Assembly: GCA_003614675.1 (NCBI GenBank)
Contig: ML002298.1
Coordinates: forward strand, 1 to 45,927
Direction of reading: 5' to 3'
Source: Dimargaris cristalligena
Lineage: Eukaryota
DNA length: 45,927 nucleotides
Below the pieces are notes generated by a model. It was not told where the DNA came from, made no database searches, and saw nothing but the letters and a program-made list of their open reading frames with translations. Below, piece by piece: positions 21,011 to 34,165 of the stretch; positions within the stretch are counted from its first letter, which is position 1; every line of letters starts with the position of its first letter. The position numbers and the translations under genes were made by a program.

Positions 21011-22959
21011 ATGTCCCTCGAGGAGGAATTGCTCGCGGACCTCGAAGGTCTGGACGACTTCGAAGACAATGCGCCCAGTCTGAACGATGAGCCGACTGAC
21101 GCTGACATGTCGGACGCCCGGACCGGTATACCGGTTGACGAGTCGGACGAAGCGCTCAATGTCACCGGCCACGCCCCCGACCGACAGCGCCCCACATTCA
21201 CCCAGTTTATGAACAGCGCACGCTACCGCCGGGTTCTGGAGGAGGTCCAACGGGCCCTAGCCGTATCCTCCGCTGACCTGAACTCCAGGGACTCGACCAC
21301 GTCCCTAGCCCCGGAACAAGCACGGGCGTTCCAATACGCGAAGGAACAGACTCTGATTACGGAGGCCAATGCGCTCATTACTGATATGGACAGCGAAATC
21401 CAGAACGTTTACCAGTTCGTCCGCGACCACTACCAGCCGAAATTTCCCGGCCTGGACTCGCTCATTGCCGCGCCCATGGACTTTATCCGCGTCGTGCAGG
21501 CGATTGGTAATACCATGGATATTACCAAAGTGAACCTGGAGAATATTTTAACCCCGTCCATGGTCATGGTCGTGACCGTCTCTGCCACTACGGCCAAGGG
21601 CGTTTCGTTACCCGAGGCGGAACTCCAGCGGGTCAGGGAGGCCTGTGACATGGCATTGGCCCTGGACGCCGCGCGGTCGACCATCGTGAGCTACATTGAA
21701 TCGCGGCTCAACGCGATTGCCCCGAACTTATCGGCCGTCATTGGTACGGTCACGGCGGCCAAATTATTGGCCATGACGGGGGGTCTGGCGGGTCTCTGCC
21801 GCCTCCCAGCGTCCACCGTTATGGTGCTCGGCACCCGGCAACAACGGCTAGCCACGGGCATGTCGAAACTGAATAACCACGCCAAGGCGGGCCATATCTA
21901 CCACTCCCCGGAAGTACAGAGTATCCCCACTGATTTGCGTATCAAGGCCCTGCGTATGTTGTCGGCCAAGGCCGTGTTGGCCGCCCGGATCGACTTGAAC
22001 CACAGCTACCTCGACGGTGAAATGGGCCGGCGCATGCGGGAGGATGTTGACGGAAAAATTAAAGTATTGCGGGAACCCCCACCCTCTAAGAAAGTCAAAC
22101 CATTGCCGGCCCCCCTCGAAGCCCCCAAGAAACGCCGGGGCGGTCGACGGTAAGTTACCCTATACTCTTACTGAAATGGCTATAGTCGATTTGAACGGAC
22201 TCTATTCGGGTATTATCGGTTTGATACAGAAGGCTCCTAGTGGCTTATTCTTTCCTTTACCCACACACATGGATATATCATCTAATCATCCTATTTCCGA
22301 CTGTTTTTATTTTTTTATCCGTCTGTTTGAATTATTCCGACATTCTAGAGCGCGCCGAGAAAAGGACTCACGGGCCATGTCTGAACTTCGTAAACAACAG
22401 AATCGCCTAGCCTTTGGTGAAACTGAGCAGGAGATGGACTACGTTGACGAGGAGTCCGTTGGACTGGGTATGATTGGCCAAAACTCCAATCGGGCTCGAA
22501 TTGCCGTACCCGCCCCTCAGAGCAAAGGCAAGTTACTATCATCATCACTGCAAATACACCCCATTGTTATATTATTATTCACCAAGTACATTTGTCTGGA
22601 TTTAGTTCTTGGGAAACTGTGCCAACTCGTGATTTCCCAGGATATCAACCTGGCCTAAATTTATTATTATTATGATTACACATTGACATCCCGTAAACAA
22701 CCCCTCCCTACCGAACGTACTCCAATTTTATATCACTTTAATAGGTCCCGCCAATTTACCGAAACGGTACCGCCATCTGAACGGCATCGCAACATCTGCC
22801 GCGGCCAATGGCCTGGCCACTTCCGGGTGGACCACTAGTCTAGCGGGCCAGTCCGGTCAGGGAGGTGGGCCACTGGTACTGAATCCCCAAAGTGGTAGTC
22901 GACCAACGGACCCCGAGGATCGTTATTTTGCTTCATCCCGTAGTGTAATCCCCAAATAA
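21011..22959 (+). CDS. PRP31: U4/U6.U5 tri-snRNP protein Prp31; exons 21011-22149, 22349-22527, 22745-22959 (510 aa)
   Basis: NOSIC/Nop motifs DHYQPKFPGLDSLI, IAPNLSAVIG and LAARID; KPLPAP..KKRRGGRR; ELRKQQNRLAFGE; C-terminal LNPQ...RYF. Intron 2 uses a GC donor. Confidence 0.92.
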
Positions 22960-23650
22960 GTTGAGGGACCCTGCCATCTATTATGTATAATGTACTGCTT
23001 TTTTAAATAAAAGCCCGTCCCTTGGCCCGTTGTTCTAATATTAAATTCAAATTGTAGGGTGATTGTCAACAATTCTTAACGTTGATTTTCCAGGGTAAAC
23101 TGCTCAGCTCTACTGCGATATATTTTTGCATTCTTCAACAATGATCAGCAGACACCCATCAAAGGTGAATAAAATACTGGTTTTATTGCTATAGTAGTGA
23201 AATTGAGTAACTAATATGTACGTTTTAGTAACTAAGAAAAAGGATTAAAACGCGGGGAAAAAAAGGAAAACACCTATAAAAAAGAGTAGGTATACGATTA
23301 GGTCTATTATTATTTATAAACCATGCGAATTCGGGAATGTGAAAGGACGGGTATGGAGGAATGGCTGTTTTAACAGGGAAATGAGGCATAATGATCCGAC
23401 TTGTTTTGCTGTGATATATATTTTTTTTTGAAAGTATGGTCCAGTGAAAATATCCATTATCGGAACAAAATTGTCCTGCCACGATAAATGGCATTAGTTG
23501 GGCGATGCCGGGGAGGATGGTGTAAATATGGAGAAGCAATACATGGGTAGGAGAAAGCTATCCATTCCTACGGAAATAATTTTTAAAAAACAGGAACATT
23601 TCGACATCGGCCGATTACACCAAGTATATCCATGGGGGGTTGCCTAGAAT

Positions 23651-24654
23651 TTAGTAACGGCTATGTCCACCACCGAAACCGCCACGGGAACCACCGCGAT
23701 CTCCACCGAACCCACCACGGGAGCCACCGCGATCTCCGCCGAAACCACCACGACCACCGCCGCGACCTCCACCGAACCCACCACGACCGCCACGGTCTCC
23801 ACCGAAACCACCCCGGCCGCCGCCGCGACCGCCACGGTCACCGCCGAAACCACCCCGGCCGCCACGACCACCCCGACCACCCCGACCACCGCGGTCGCCA
23901 CCGAAACCGCCTCCCCGGGGACCTCCGCGTCCACCCCGACCACCGGCGCCGGCCTTCTTCACCCGGTCCTGGGACACGGGCTTGGGCAGGAACCGCTCCA
24001 GGGGCAGCAGCCGATCGGGAGCAATGAACACGCTGTCGTTGGATTTGAACGAAGTAGCGGCCAATCCTTCGGCGGGCTTGACGGTGAAGTGCACTTCAGT
24101 GATGGGACCCAGAATTTCGTCGACTTTGCCAATCAGCGTCTTGTCTTCGAGGTAGACGGGGGCGTTGAAGTAAGGGACGTGAGTGTTGGTGGATTTGTAC
24201 ACCATCTCGCCTTCGCAGGCGTGTTTGAAGCTGCCCAGTTCGACGACGCTTTCGGGAGGGCCTTGATCGAAGGAGCGACCACCATAACCGCCACGGCCTA
24301 TATGAAGATCAGGGGATAATAAAACAATATATATATATATATATAAAGGCATTGGGTATTAGATAACCGGTTGATTAAAGCACATAATTGGAGGTGAGGA
24401 GGAGGGATCACTTGGGAAAATAATCGCATTTTTCGGGAATAAACCCAAAAAGACAAAGTGCCCAGAATGATGCCGAATTACCGGACACATATCGCACAAT
24501 ATAAACCGGAATACTTACCACCACGTCCACCGCCACGACCACCACGGTCACCACCGAAGCCGCCACGTCCGCCACCGCGACCACCACGGTCACCGCCGAA
24601 ACCACCACGGCTACCGCCGCGACCACCACCTCTGCTGAAGCCACCACGATTCAT
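23651..24654 (-). CDS. GAR1: H/ACA snoRNP subunit Gar1; exons 24654-24519, 24297-23651 (260 aa)
   Basis: Core [48 protein letters not shown], flanked by RGG repeats. Phase-1 intron GTAAGT..TAG. Confidence 0.96.
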
Positions 24655-25884
24655 TGTGAAAGAGAGAGAGTGAGGGTTTGGGGGAGGTTAAAAAAACACA
24701 GAAGAGTACACTACAGTTGGATCGAGGAACTGTATTAGAGTCAATAGTTCGAATTCACACAGGCGAATCTGAATGGGTCTAGCCGTGAATAAGGCAATTA
24801 AACAAGAGGCGGGCTAATATTGGAGAAGTTCATACAAAAGAGGTCCTTGTAAAAAAAACTATCGTAGAGAGTGTGTGTGCGCGGTCTACAGTAGAGTGTG
24901 CGTCTGAATATAGTCTCCACCTTAATCCAAGTCCTATTTTCCTAGCAATCCGCCCGAGCAACGCCTACAGTAGTTTACTACGACTACGAGACGCATAGTA
25001 GTGACCTAGCAAAAAAAAATTAACCATTTTGACTGCCATTACGGGGCTTCTGCATACTAGGATAGCTGCTTTTCCCTAAGCGAAAGTAAGTCTCCTTACC
25101 TTTTCATCAACCAAGCCGGCTTCGAAAAAAAACCAGCCACCGCAAAAAAAGCCGTACTGGGCGGGCAATTAATAGTCACGTGATGGAAAGACCCGGTTCA
25201 TCTCACTCATCCTGGTTACCCTTGACCACTCCCCCTCTCCTCTTTCGCCCAGGCACGGCGGCGGTTGTTAAAGGCGGGCGGTGCAAAAATCCTACCAGCG
25301 TAACAAAACGATCAATCGGCACTTTCATATTCGGCAGTCACTACTGCTACTATCGACTCCACATCCTACTGTGCCTATATAAGAATATTACTTGGAATAT
25401 AAGGGATACCTTTCGCTCATACTATACCCCCGCGTGCTTTCCTTTTTTGACTATTCCAATATTATGCTACCGTTGCCGAGTAGTAGAGTATACAGGTCTA
25501 TACATAGACCAACTATCAGCCATAATAAACCCCGAAATCCAAATAGCCGGGCCAGTCAGGTATGTCACATCGGCAGTGAAATTTGATGGTGAAATATTAT
25601 ATATATTAAGTACAAAGGGGGTGTGCAGTTCTCAGGAAATGGGTGCACTAGTTTCAATCGAATAGCGGAATTTCCATCGACCGGTGTGTGGTAAGCACGG
25701 AATAATGTCACTACTCGCAACTACATACTATTAAGCCGAATGCTGGGCTCCCCCGGCCGAAAAAGAGGATACAAAGGCATCAGATAAAAGGCACAAGGTA
25801 AAGTAAAAAAAGAGCTGCTGAAACAGCCGAACCGACCGTGTTTGGTAGGTGGGTTTCCACCTTACCCCTCTCCTCCCACCCACT

Positions 25885-26364
25885 CTACGAATAGTATTCG
25901 GGTTTACGGACATTCACGCCGTACTCTTGAAGGGCCTGGGAGAGGTCGTCCATGGTTAGTAGGGATCGCCGATCCTTCTGGGTATATTTGCGTTCCTTAT
26001 TATTCAATTGGTGCACCCGGCTGTACTGGAAGGCATCGGTCACGACATCCGAGATGAATTTCTGGGCAACGAGGGCCAGGAGTCGCTTGATGCGCACGTC
26101 GTCGCATTCGAAACCAGTGCGGGCTAGATAGTATTCGGTGACCGCATCGGGAATGAGGGGCTGGTGGTCGTCCATGGCGAGGAGAAACTCGGCGAGGGTT
26201 TTCTCCTTCTCGGCTTGGGCGGGACTGGGTTGGGCCGCCGCCTGTTGGGGGGCAGAATCGGTGGCGAGGGGTGCGGGTTGGGAGGCGGGAGCCGTGGCCT
26301 GGGTCGACGCTGCGGTGGTAGGGGCTGTCGAACCGATCGACGAAGTGGGTGGTGGGTCACTCAT
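25885..26364 (-). CDS. TAF10: TFIID/SAGA subunit Taf10
   Basis: Motifs LAEFLLAMDD..PLIPDAVTEYYLARTGF, KRLLALVAQKFISD and LTMDDLSQALQEYGVNVRKPEYY. Confidence 0.96.
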   Translation of the reverse strand: MSDPPPTSSIGSTAPTTAASTQATAPASQPAPLATDSAPQQAAAQPSPAQAEKEKTLAEFLLAMDDHQPLIPDAVTEYYLARTGFECDDVRIKRLLALVAQKFISDVVTDAFQYSRVHQLNNKERKYTQKDRRSLLTMDDLSQALQEYGVNVRKPEYYS

Positions 26365-26978
26365 GGTAACGGAATGAGCACTTAAAAAAAGGAATATAAA
26401 GTCGACGTATAATGGAGCAGTGGAAAACAGGGGAAGAAACTAAAGTGGGGAATGCAATTAAAACAATGGAGACAAACAGCAAAGGGTCACTCTGAAGGCA
26501 AAACCCGTCTAGCCAAGGCCCCATTAGATGGCCTAAAGTGTGTAATACCTATAAGAAGGGGCTCCGCTTCTTTATTATGGAGGCCACAGATTTAGGCTGT
26601 CGGGTTCCATGGCATGGCATGGATTGCTGCTAGATAAGTTTTATTCTCTACAGTATTTTTGGAGATTGGCGCGTAGGAAGGGCTCCAGCACTTGGACCAG
26701 GCATAATAGCTTGGTTGTACTAGTGGAGCAGGTTGATTTTAAGAGTGAGTCCACTTAGTTGAGGAGCAGCAGCTATATAGCCACAGCCACACAACGACGT
26801 ATGTGTAGGAGGAAGGACAAAGTCAGCGCTGTTTTATTATTGTTATGGTGAGTATGCAGTCCTTTTCTAGTCTATGCCGCTCTCTTGTATGCGCATATAT
26901 TCCTGTCTAGTCTTGGCCCCCACAAGCTCTGCCTGTATGCGTGTGTCTGTGTCTCCCTTCTCTCGCTTTCCCTCTCCG

Positions 26979-27002
<24 letters not shown>
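26979..27002. repeat. (TC)12 microsatellite
   Basis: Directly visible in the TAF10/ATG5 divergent intergenic region. Confidence 0.93.
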
Positions 27003-27009
<7 letters not shown>

Positions 27010-27253
27010 CTCTATCAACCACCCCTATATTCCACTCTGTTTTGCCGTCAGCTGTGCTTCTTTCGGGGCCGACATACCCCGCCATAGGCCCCGACCCTTC
27101 CTCTACCCCATTCACATACGCCGCCCCTTACCCGGGCTCAACTGCCGACGCTAGCCTGAGCCAGACTCGCTTAACCCCCTCCTCCTTCCCCCCTCGGTCC
27201 ATTTGTTAGCCCAATTCCAGTCCACCACCACTTCCACAACCTCCCCCGACAAA

Positions 27254-28827
27254 ATGCCCCGGAAACCCGCCGATGAGGACCATTTCCGCAAGCTGGTCTG
27301 GAATGGCCGCCTCCCAATCCAGGTATCCCTGGCCGCATCTGACTTTGAGTTTCTCTTGGGCAATTCCTCTGCCACCGCTCACAGCTACTATGTAAGTCAA
27401 AGGGGCGGTCAATAGCTCCCCCGGCCGAATGCAGCAGCTGACCTCGGCCTTCCTTCCATTCCCCGGAGGGGCTGGTTCCCCTTCAGCAGGGTTCTTAACG
27501 GCCTGAACATACCTGGGAACGGCACTTTCACAGTGAGCCAGCCCAGCTCAAAGAGACCCGTGTGTATGCAGGCCGTGCGTTGGATTAGCGTGGATGGGGC
27601 ACTCCGGCAGGCTTCTATCTTATACCGACCGGCCCATTGGCCAGGCCTGATCCTCTCTATCCGAGCCAACGGAAAGCGAATTGCTTCATAATAATAGTGG
27701 GCATATGCGCGGCTGGCCATATACACGGTGCTGCTTCTTTATACCGCCTAAACTCTCATACTCACATGCCTGTGTTCCCCGCCCCCCATTACACCTATTG
27801 CTGTATCACCCTATTTAACGCCCGAACTGTTTATACCACATCCCCCCACCTTTATCTTTTATCGCTTAGATCATGGCCCAGCGCTGTACTTATTTATCTT
27901 TGATAACCGACGAAGTCCGGCGGTGGCTAGAAAGCCTTGACCGACGCCCTTCGTCGTCCGAACCAGTCTCAGCCCTCCCTTCGGCTCAAATATGGTATTC
28001 TTACAATGGGACTCCTCTTAAATGGCATTATCCAATTGGTCTTTTATATGATCTTCTAGCCGAGCCTAATTCCACCACCGATCCCCCTCTCGTTAACGGA
28101 CGGGATAAGCGAATTCGGACGGCGCCCCTACCGTGGACCATCGAGGTGCATGTCCGCCAATTCCCCACTGATCAGCTTTTGCGCACCCCTACCGTGACCA
28201 ATACCCACCAGTATTTCATATCCCAATTTAAAGAGTCGGAGTTCATGCGCGCGGGCTCGGCTAAACGCGTGATGAATTTAGCCAAAGAGGAGCAGGACAC
28301 ATTATGGAGCAGTTTACTAGGTGCCGATTTCGACGGCTTTTGGAATATAAACCGTGCTTTAATGGTCGGTGATAAGAAGGCTATGCCCCGTCACATCGCG
28401 GTCCGGCTATATATCCAAGGGGACGGCGCTGTTATCCAAGTCCCAATCGCCATGCAGGATTTTGGTAAGTTGGCTGGGCTAACCCCGCGGCCATTCTACA
28501 TCATACATTAAGCTGACCTCTAAACCTTACGTTACATTATATACTAAAACCTAATTATCTTTATATATATATATATTTGTTTTTGATAAAAATAACAACC
28601 CTACAGGTCCCCGATTAACACTGGGCGACGCTGTCAATTACATGCTGGACCCGGCCCAATTCTCAATCGGCATAGGTCCGACCCTGCGGCCCGAGGGTTC
28701 GTATACTTTGGACGATCCCTATATTGTGGTCAACCACGGCATCGCCATTAGCCTAGCCACCCCTCTGCTGTGGCTGTACCGAAATATGGCCTACCCCGAC
28801 AATTTCTTGCATTTGGTACTTTTGTAA
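27254..28827 (+). CDS. ATG5: Autophagy protein Atg5; exons 27254-27391, 27870-28464, 28607-28827 (317 aa)
   Basis: Motifs VWNGRLPI, PLKWHYPIGLLYDL, LPWTIEVH, KESEFMR.GS and TPLLWLYRNMAYPDNFLHL. Both introns are GTAAGT..YAG with consistent phases. Confidence 0.95.
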
Positions 28828-29806
28828 TTATATTGCTATAGACACGTACATTTATAATACCCATATATATTATTTATTCCTTGCTATTTTGTCTTCTTTG
28901 CGCCTTACCTTCCCCCCTTTTTTTGGTAACATCTACTAATAGCATAGGCAACGCATAAAATTCAAGATGCTAGATCAAGTGTAATTCGATCGAGACTGTA
29001 GCTAGCTGGTGTTGGGCTTCTGGTAGGTCATTAGGATCTTTAGATCAGGGAGTTTGGTATTAATGAGGTCCTTGTTTAGTAGAGTTTGCAATAGTTCATA
29101 TAAGAGGAATTCGGCACAACCGGATCTTATTTTGTATGGAATAGTTCTGTAATTAGTAGAGTCTGGCTTTTCGAGTGGGTGCTTCTTTGTACGGCTAGTC
29201 TAATCAATTCCCATATAGAAATGTTGTTTGGAGTATAGGGATACTATAGCGCTCCAATTTCAATTTCGACTCTGATATTGTCCTTTGAGGATACTAGACC
29301 TGGGTTTATATTTATTTAATACCTGTTGAGGTGCGGTATGCTAGTCTGTTCAAATATTGCCAGCCAGCTGCCTCTCCTATTGGAATTGCTGGTCTAGGAG
29401 AAAGGGAATACATAGTTTCCTAGGACTGCTGATTAATAGTCCCACCTGAAAATGGACCACATACCAGTTTACCCAAGACGCTTACAGCGCCTTTGGCTAT
29501 CCAGCCAACCAACCACAGTAGCCTTCGTGAACCTACTAGGACTTTGTGGTTCCGCTCGGCATGTGGTTGAATCTCTCTCCTTACTGCCCTTCCACCCTCC
29601 CCTTGAACTCACCTCCCATAGCATCGCCTCCTTGCCTGGTTTAATCTCCATTCCCTTTTTTCTTCTGTTTCCTTCTCCCTGTGAACACCTGCTAATACAT
29701 CCCTTACTTTACTCTCATCCATTCCCAGTTCCTTTCCATATACCGCCGGTCCTTTCATCCCGCCTCACCCTTTCCCTTCCCGCGCGAATTTCTAACCTTA
29801 CTCATC

Positions 29807-31893
29807 ATGGATGACGAAAGAATGCTGAAGATGGAACACGACTACAAGGAGGAAGTCGATGCTCTCCTTCCAATCACCGAGAACTTGGCCCAGGTAAATA
29901 ATAGGCACAGCCCAGTGGGTTGGTGGGACATTCAAGGCGAGCGTGCACCATTCACTACTCCGACGGATATGGGATGTCCCCCCCACCACTCTGTGATGAC
30001 AGTCGAGTGGGGTTTTATACGGGGTTCCCTTCCCTTCCAACTACTTCGGCGGGGAGAAGAGAGAGTGCCGATACCCGCCTTGCTTCGCCATTCCTGTTAT
30101 TGCTTCGCGGTCTTGGCCTCGAGCCATGCGGACATGCTGCCAACCAAGACCTGATTGCCCCGTCAATATGTTTGTTATTCAGCGTTTAATTTACATGTCC
30201 CTATAAACCATCTCTATCCTTAAACTATTATCGTCTTTTTCCAGAATGGTCGGCTCCAGGACGCCATCAACCAGCTCCTTGGTCTTGAGAAACAGACCCG
30301 AAACGTAAGTATATAGATACCCACTAACCCTGTACCTTTCCCTCCCCTGTGTTTGGCACCTCTTATATCGGCCCCAAACCCCAATATACAGTACCCACTA
30401 ACCGATTTGATTATATTATCATTTTTTACTTTTAATTTGGGGGGATCTATTCGATTTCGATAATTACGTTTCTGACACGGACCCTACATAGGCATCAGAT
30501 GTCAACTCGACAGCCCGGTTACTGGTGGCCATCGTGCGCCTCTGCTTCGAGGCCAAGGAGTGGAAGTTGATCAACGACTACGTGACTCTGTTGTCTAAGA
30601 AGCACGGTCAATTGAAGCGGGCTATTGGCGCCATGGTCGAGGAGGCCATGACCTTCCTGGATCAGACTCCCTCTCTAGAAGCCAAGCTAGAACTGATCGA
30701 CTCTCTGCGCGCTGTGACCGAGGGCAAGGTTAGTATAAATATAAATGTATACTCGTGTATTTTCCATACTTTTGTCCTGCAATTATAATTGCATTCAATG
30801 GTCAATCACCTCGCACTACTTCATTTTTATGTTGATTCCACCGGATATCTTTCCTACAATTTACGTTTTATCTCTCCACCATCTAATCATTACACTCTCA
30901 TTTACTCCCCATCCCATCATCCTATGTGTACTCTAGATGTTCGTCGAACGGGAGCGGGCCCGTCTCACCAGAATGCTCTCCAAGATTCGCGAGGACGAAG
31001 GCAAGATTGCCGAGGCGGCCGACATTCTCCAGGAGCTGCAAGTGGAGACCTTCGGCTCGATGGATAAGCGTGAAAAGACGGACTTTATCCTCGAGCAGGT
31101 GCGCCTCTGCCTTGCCAAGAAGGACTACATCCGGGCCGGTATCATCAGCCGTAAAGTGAGCACCAAATTCTTCTCCGAACCCGAGCAACAGGATCTCAAG
31201 CTCCGCTACTACCGTCTAATGATCGAGATCGCCTCGCACGACGAAGACTTTCTGGCTGTGTGTAAATACTACCGGGAGATCTTCGACACCCCTAGTATTC
31301 AGGCTGATGAGGCCCAGTGGCGCGAGATCCTGCAGAACGTCGTATCGTACATTGCTCTGGCCCCCTACAACCACGAACAGTCCGATTTGATCCACCGTAT
31401 CGCCATAGAACCCCAATTGACCAAGCTACCCCTCTACAAGCAGCTGATCAAGAACTTCACGACCGACGAGCTGATGCGTTGGTCACGGATTATGGAAGTC
31501 TACGGCACCACCCTGTCCCAAACCACGGTATTCCAGGCCAACACGGATATTGGCAAGCAAAACTGGGACAGTCTGCACAAGCGGGTGATTGAACACAACC
31601 TCCGCGTGATTGCGAAATACTACACCCGCGTCACCAGTGAGCGTCTGACCCAACTCCTCGATCTGCCCGCCGCCGACGTCGAAGAACACCTCTCCAAACT
31701 CGTGGTGTCCAAGACGGTCTACGCCAAAATTGACCGCCCCGCCGGTTTGGTCAATTTCGTGGCCCCCCAGGACGGCAACGAGCGCCTCGATCAGTGGAGT
31801 ACGAATGTGAACTCGCTCTTGTCGTTGGTGGACAAGACGACCCATTTGATTGCGAAGGAGGAAATGATTCACAAAATCTCCAAGGCAATGTAA
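29807..31893 (+). CDS. RPN5: 26S proteasome lid subunit Rpn5/PSMD12; exons 29807-29893, 30245-30304, 30492-30728, 30937-31893 (446 aa)
   Basis: Motifs LEKQTRNASD, LSKKHGQLK, VTEGKMFVERERARLT, LQVETFGSMDKREK, RVIEHNLRVIAKYY and AKIDRPAG. Three phase-0 introns. Confidence 0.96.
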
Positions 31894-32538
31894 GCGTTGA
31901 AGATGAGACGCGGGGGGAAGGGGAGGGAGAAAAGAGACCCATTCCGGTATGCGCCCAATCCATCTGCTTTTTGCTTCACCACTACGCTGGAGGTGGACTT
32001 TGATAAACGCCGAGAGATACATGGGGAAAGGAGTAGGGCCGATGTGGTCCTAGTATCCTCCCTTCAGCTTCTTTATTAGGTTTATGGTAGCATTTATCCT
32101 CGCTCGGCGCTTTCGTAAATGTTGACTGTAACCTAAGATGGACTCCGCCCTACTCTTGCCGTCCTCCACTCCATTTGCGCTTTTATTTTTATACTTCTAA
32201 CCGCCCCGTCTTCTTGAAATCGATAAATTCTTGGTGGGCAGTGGCCATACCCCACTTCCCCCACCCTTCTTTTCATACCATTCGCACTTCAACTCTTTCA
32301 GAAGTCTATACGTACACTATAAACTCAGCGACTTCATTGTTTGTTTCACTTGGCAATATGGTATATTTTTTTTATAAACACGGATAAAGAGATAGAGGGG
32401 AGGGGGTGCGAAATGAATAGTCGAAATTCGAGCATAGTCACGCCATTATATATTTACTAAGCCCATTTGGATAGTGGGGGGGGGGAATCCCTGAGATATA
32501 AATGGAAAGGTAGCCGCCAGTTGGCATTAGAGTTGGGC

Positions 32539-34165
32539 CTAAAAGTCGAGGGAGCTGCATGCTCTACCCGAAGAGGCAGTTTTGCTAGTCTTTCCAGCAG
32601 CCGACGACGACGACGATGAACGCGGCTCCACCCGTCGCTCGCTGACCCCTCCCTCCGGGGGCAGGTAAAAAGTTTCAATGTAGAACTTATGCCGTTTCTG
32701 CTTGAAGGCCAAGTTATTGGCCGATAATTGGTTACCCGAAACGGTGACTAGTTTCGAAGACGATGGGACCAGGGAGTTGAGTTGGGGTTGCTTGTGGATA
32801 TAAAAGAATCCGTTGCAATCGAGACCTCCGGCCGTGGCCTTGGTGTTACGCGAACCTGTAGTATGGGATTGATGATAAAGATAAAGATAAGGATGTAGAT
32901 ATAGTTATAGTTTTAGACGAGTATGAATATTTACGCGAGGACATAGTAAAGGGGTGAGGAGTAAGGGGGGGGATATACCCGAGGGTAAACATTGGAATAG
33001 GCCCCTGGATTATATTATATGAAAACCGGTCTCTACACCTTCGGATGTGAGCAGGGGGGTTTCGCCAGTAAAGCGACGTTCGATTATCAATTATTAATCT
33101 ATTTAAATGAGGGGTATGGTGAGAGGATGGGTTATTTCTATTAAAAAAACCCATAGACTTACCATTAAATGACTCGAGTTCTACCACGGCATCGCAAAGT
33201 TGCTCCCATCGGCGTACCGCGCCTGGCCGCTCGGACTCCGTCTGGTACAAATGGGCCGGTAGGGTAATCATGCACACACCGAAGGAGAATCGCAGCAGGC
33301 CCCTCAGGGCATGTAGGAACCGCGCGCACGACTCGTCCGATTGCGCCTGCCAATACGGTGATGCTAGATCGTGGATGCCGATGCGCAGAATATTGCGTTC
33401 GGCGGGGGCTTTCGCAGCGGGGGCTAGGGAGCTGAACCCGCCGTCCTCAATTGCATGGGCCAATTCGGCGAACAAAGCTTCGTAGTCGTCGGTGATGCCT
33501 TGGTTTCTGTCTTTGTCGTTGCCGTCCTCATTAGCATCCTCACTGGTGTTACGGGGTTGGGTGAGGTCAGTGTAGCTGACCGTGGCTTGGTCGATGATCC
33601 GGGGTTTGACAGGCACCATCAAATCGAATTTCTCACAAAATGGAGTTGTCCCGGTCGTGCGTCGGGCCGTATCCTGGTCGCCGGTGGGCAGGTTCTGGTA
33701 ACGCCAGGCAATCTTGAGTTTATCGAGCGCTTCAGTGGTTTTCTGGACAGCTGGGGAATCGGCGCTAGTATTGGGGGTTGGTGACGTAGTGGCTGCGGTG
33801 GTAGTAGTAGCAGCTGGTGTTTTCGCTGCCGTAGATGCTGGTGGTGGTGGGTTTCCCAGTGTGTCACTCCAACTAGGTGCTCGCTGAATAATCTTTTGCG
33901 GGTCCATATCCGCGCTAGCCAAATGCAGCTGGTGCCCGGAGGCCAGCCCCTGGGCCACGAAATAACGGAGCAGGATATTGCTATAGTCGGTGTACCGGTC
34001 GCTCAAGACCAACACTACGGACCCCACGGGGAGTCCGCCGCCTAGGAGATCGTCGAGGGAGGGGATGCCCGAGGATACTAGAACTTGCCCATTGTGGGGG
34101 GACAGTTTGGCCCCCGCCGGGAGTTTGGGCTGAATCGCGGCCGTTCGTTTCCGGAATGAACTCAT
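32539..34165 (-). CDS. ELP4: Elongator complex subunit Elp4 (PAXNEB); exons 34165-33163, 32855-32539 (439 aa)
   Basis: Starts MSSFRKR. Motifs SSGIPSLDDLLGGGLPVG, LKIAWRY and FLHALRGLLR. Spliced exon 2 gives NNLAFKQKRHKFYIETFYLPPE and a terminal LDF. Confidence 0.93.

Noticed and set aside
23663-24319. Thr-rich mucin-like ORF and repeat-array appearance
   Set aside because: This is the reverse complement of the GAR1 [10 protein letters not shown] repeats, not a gene or a CRISPR array.
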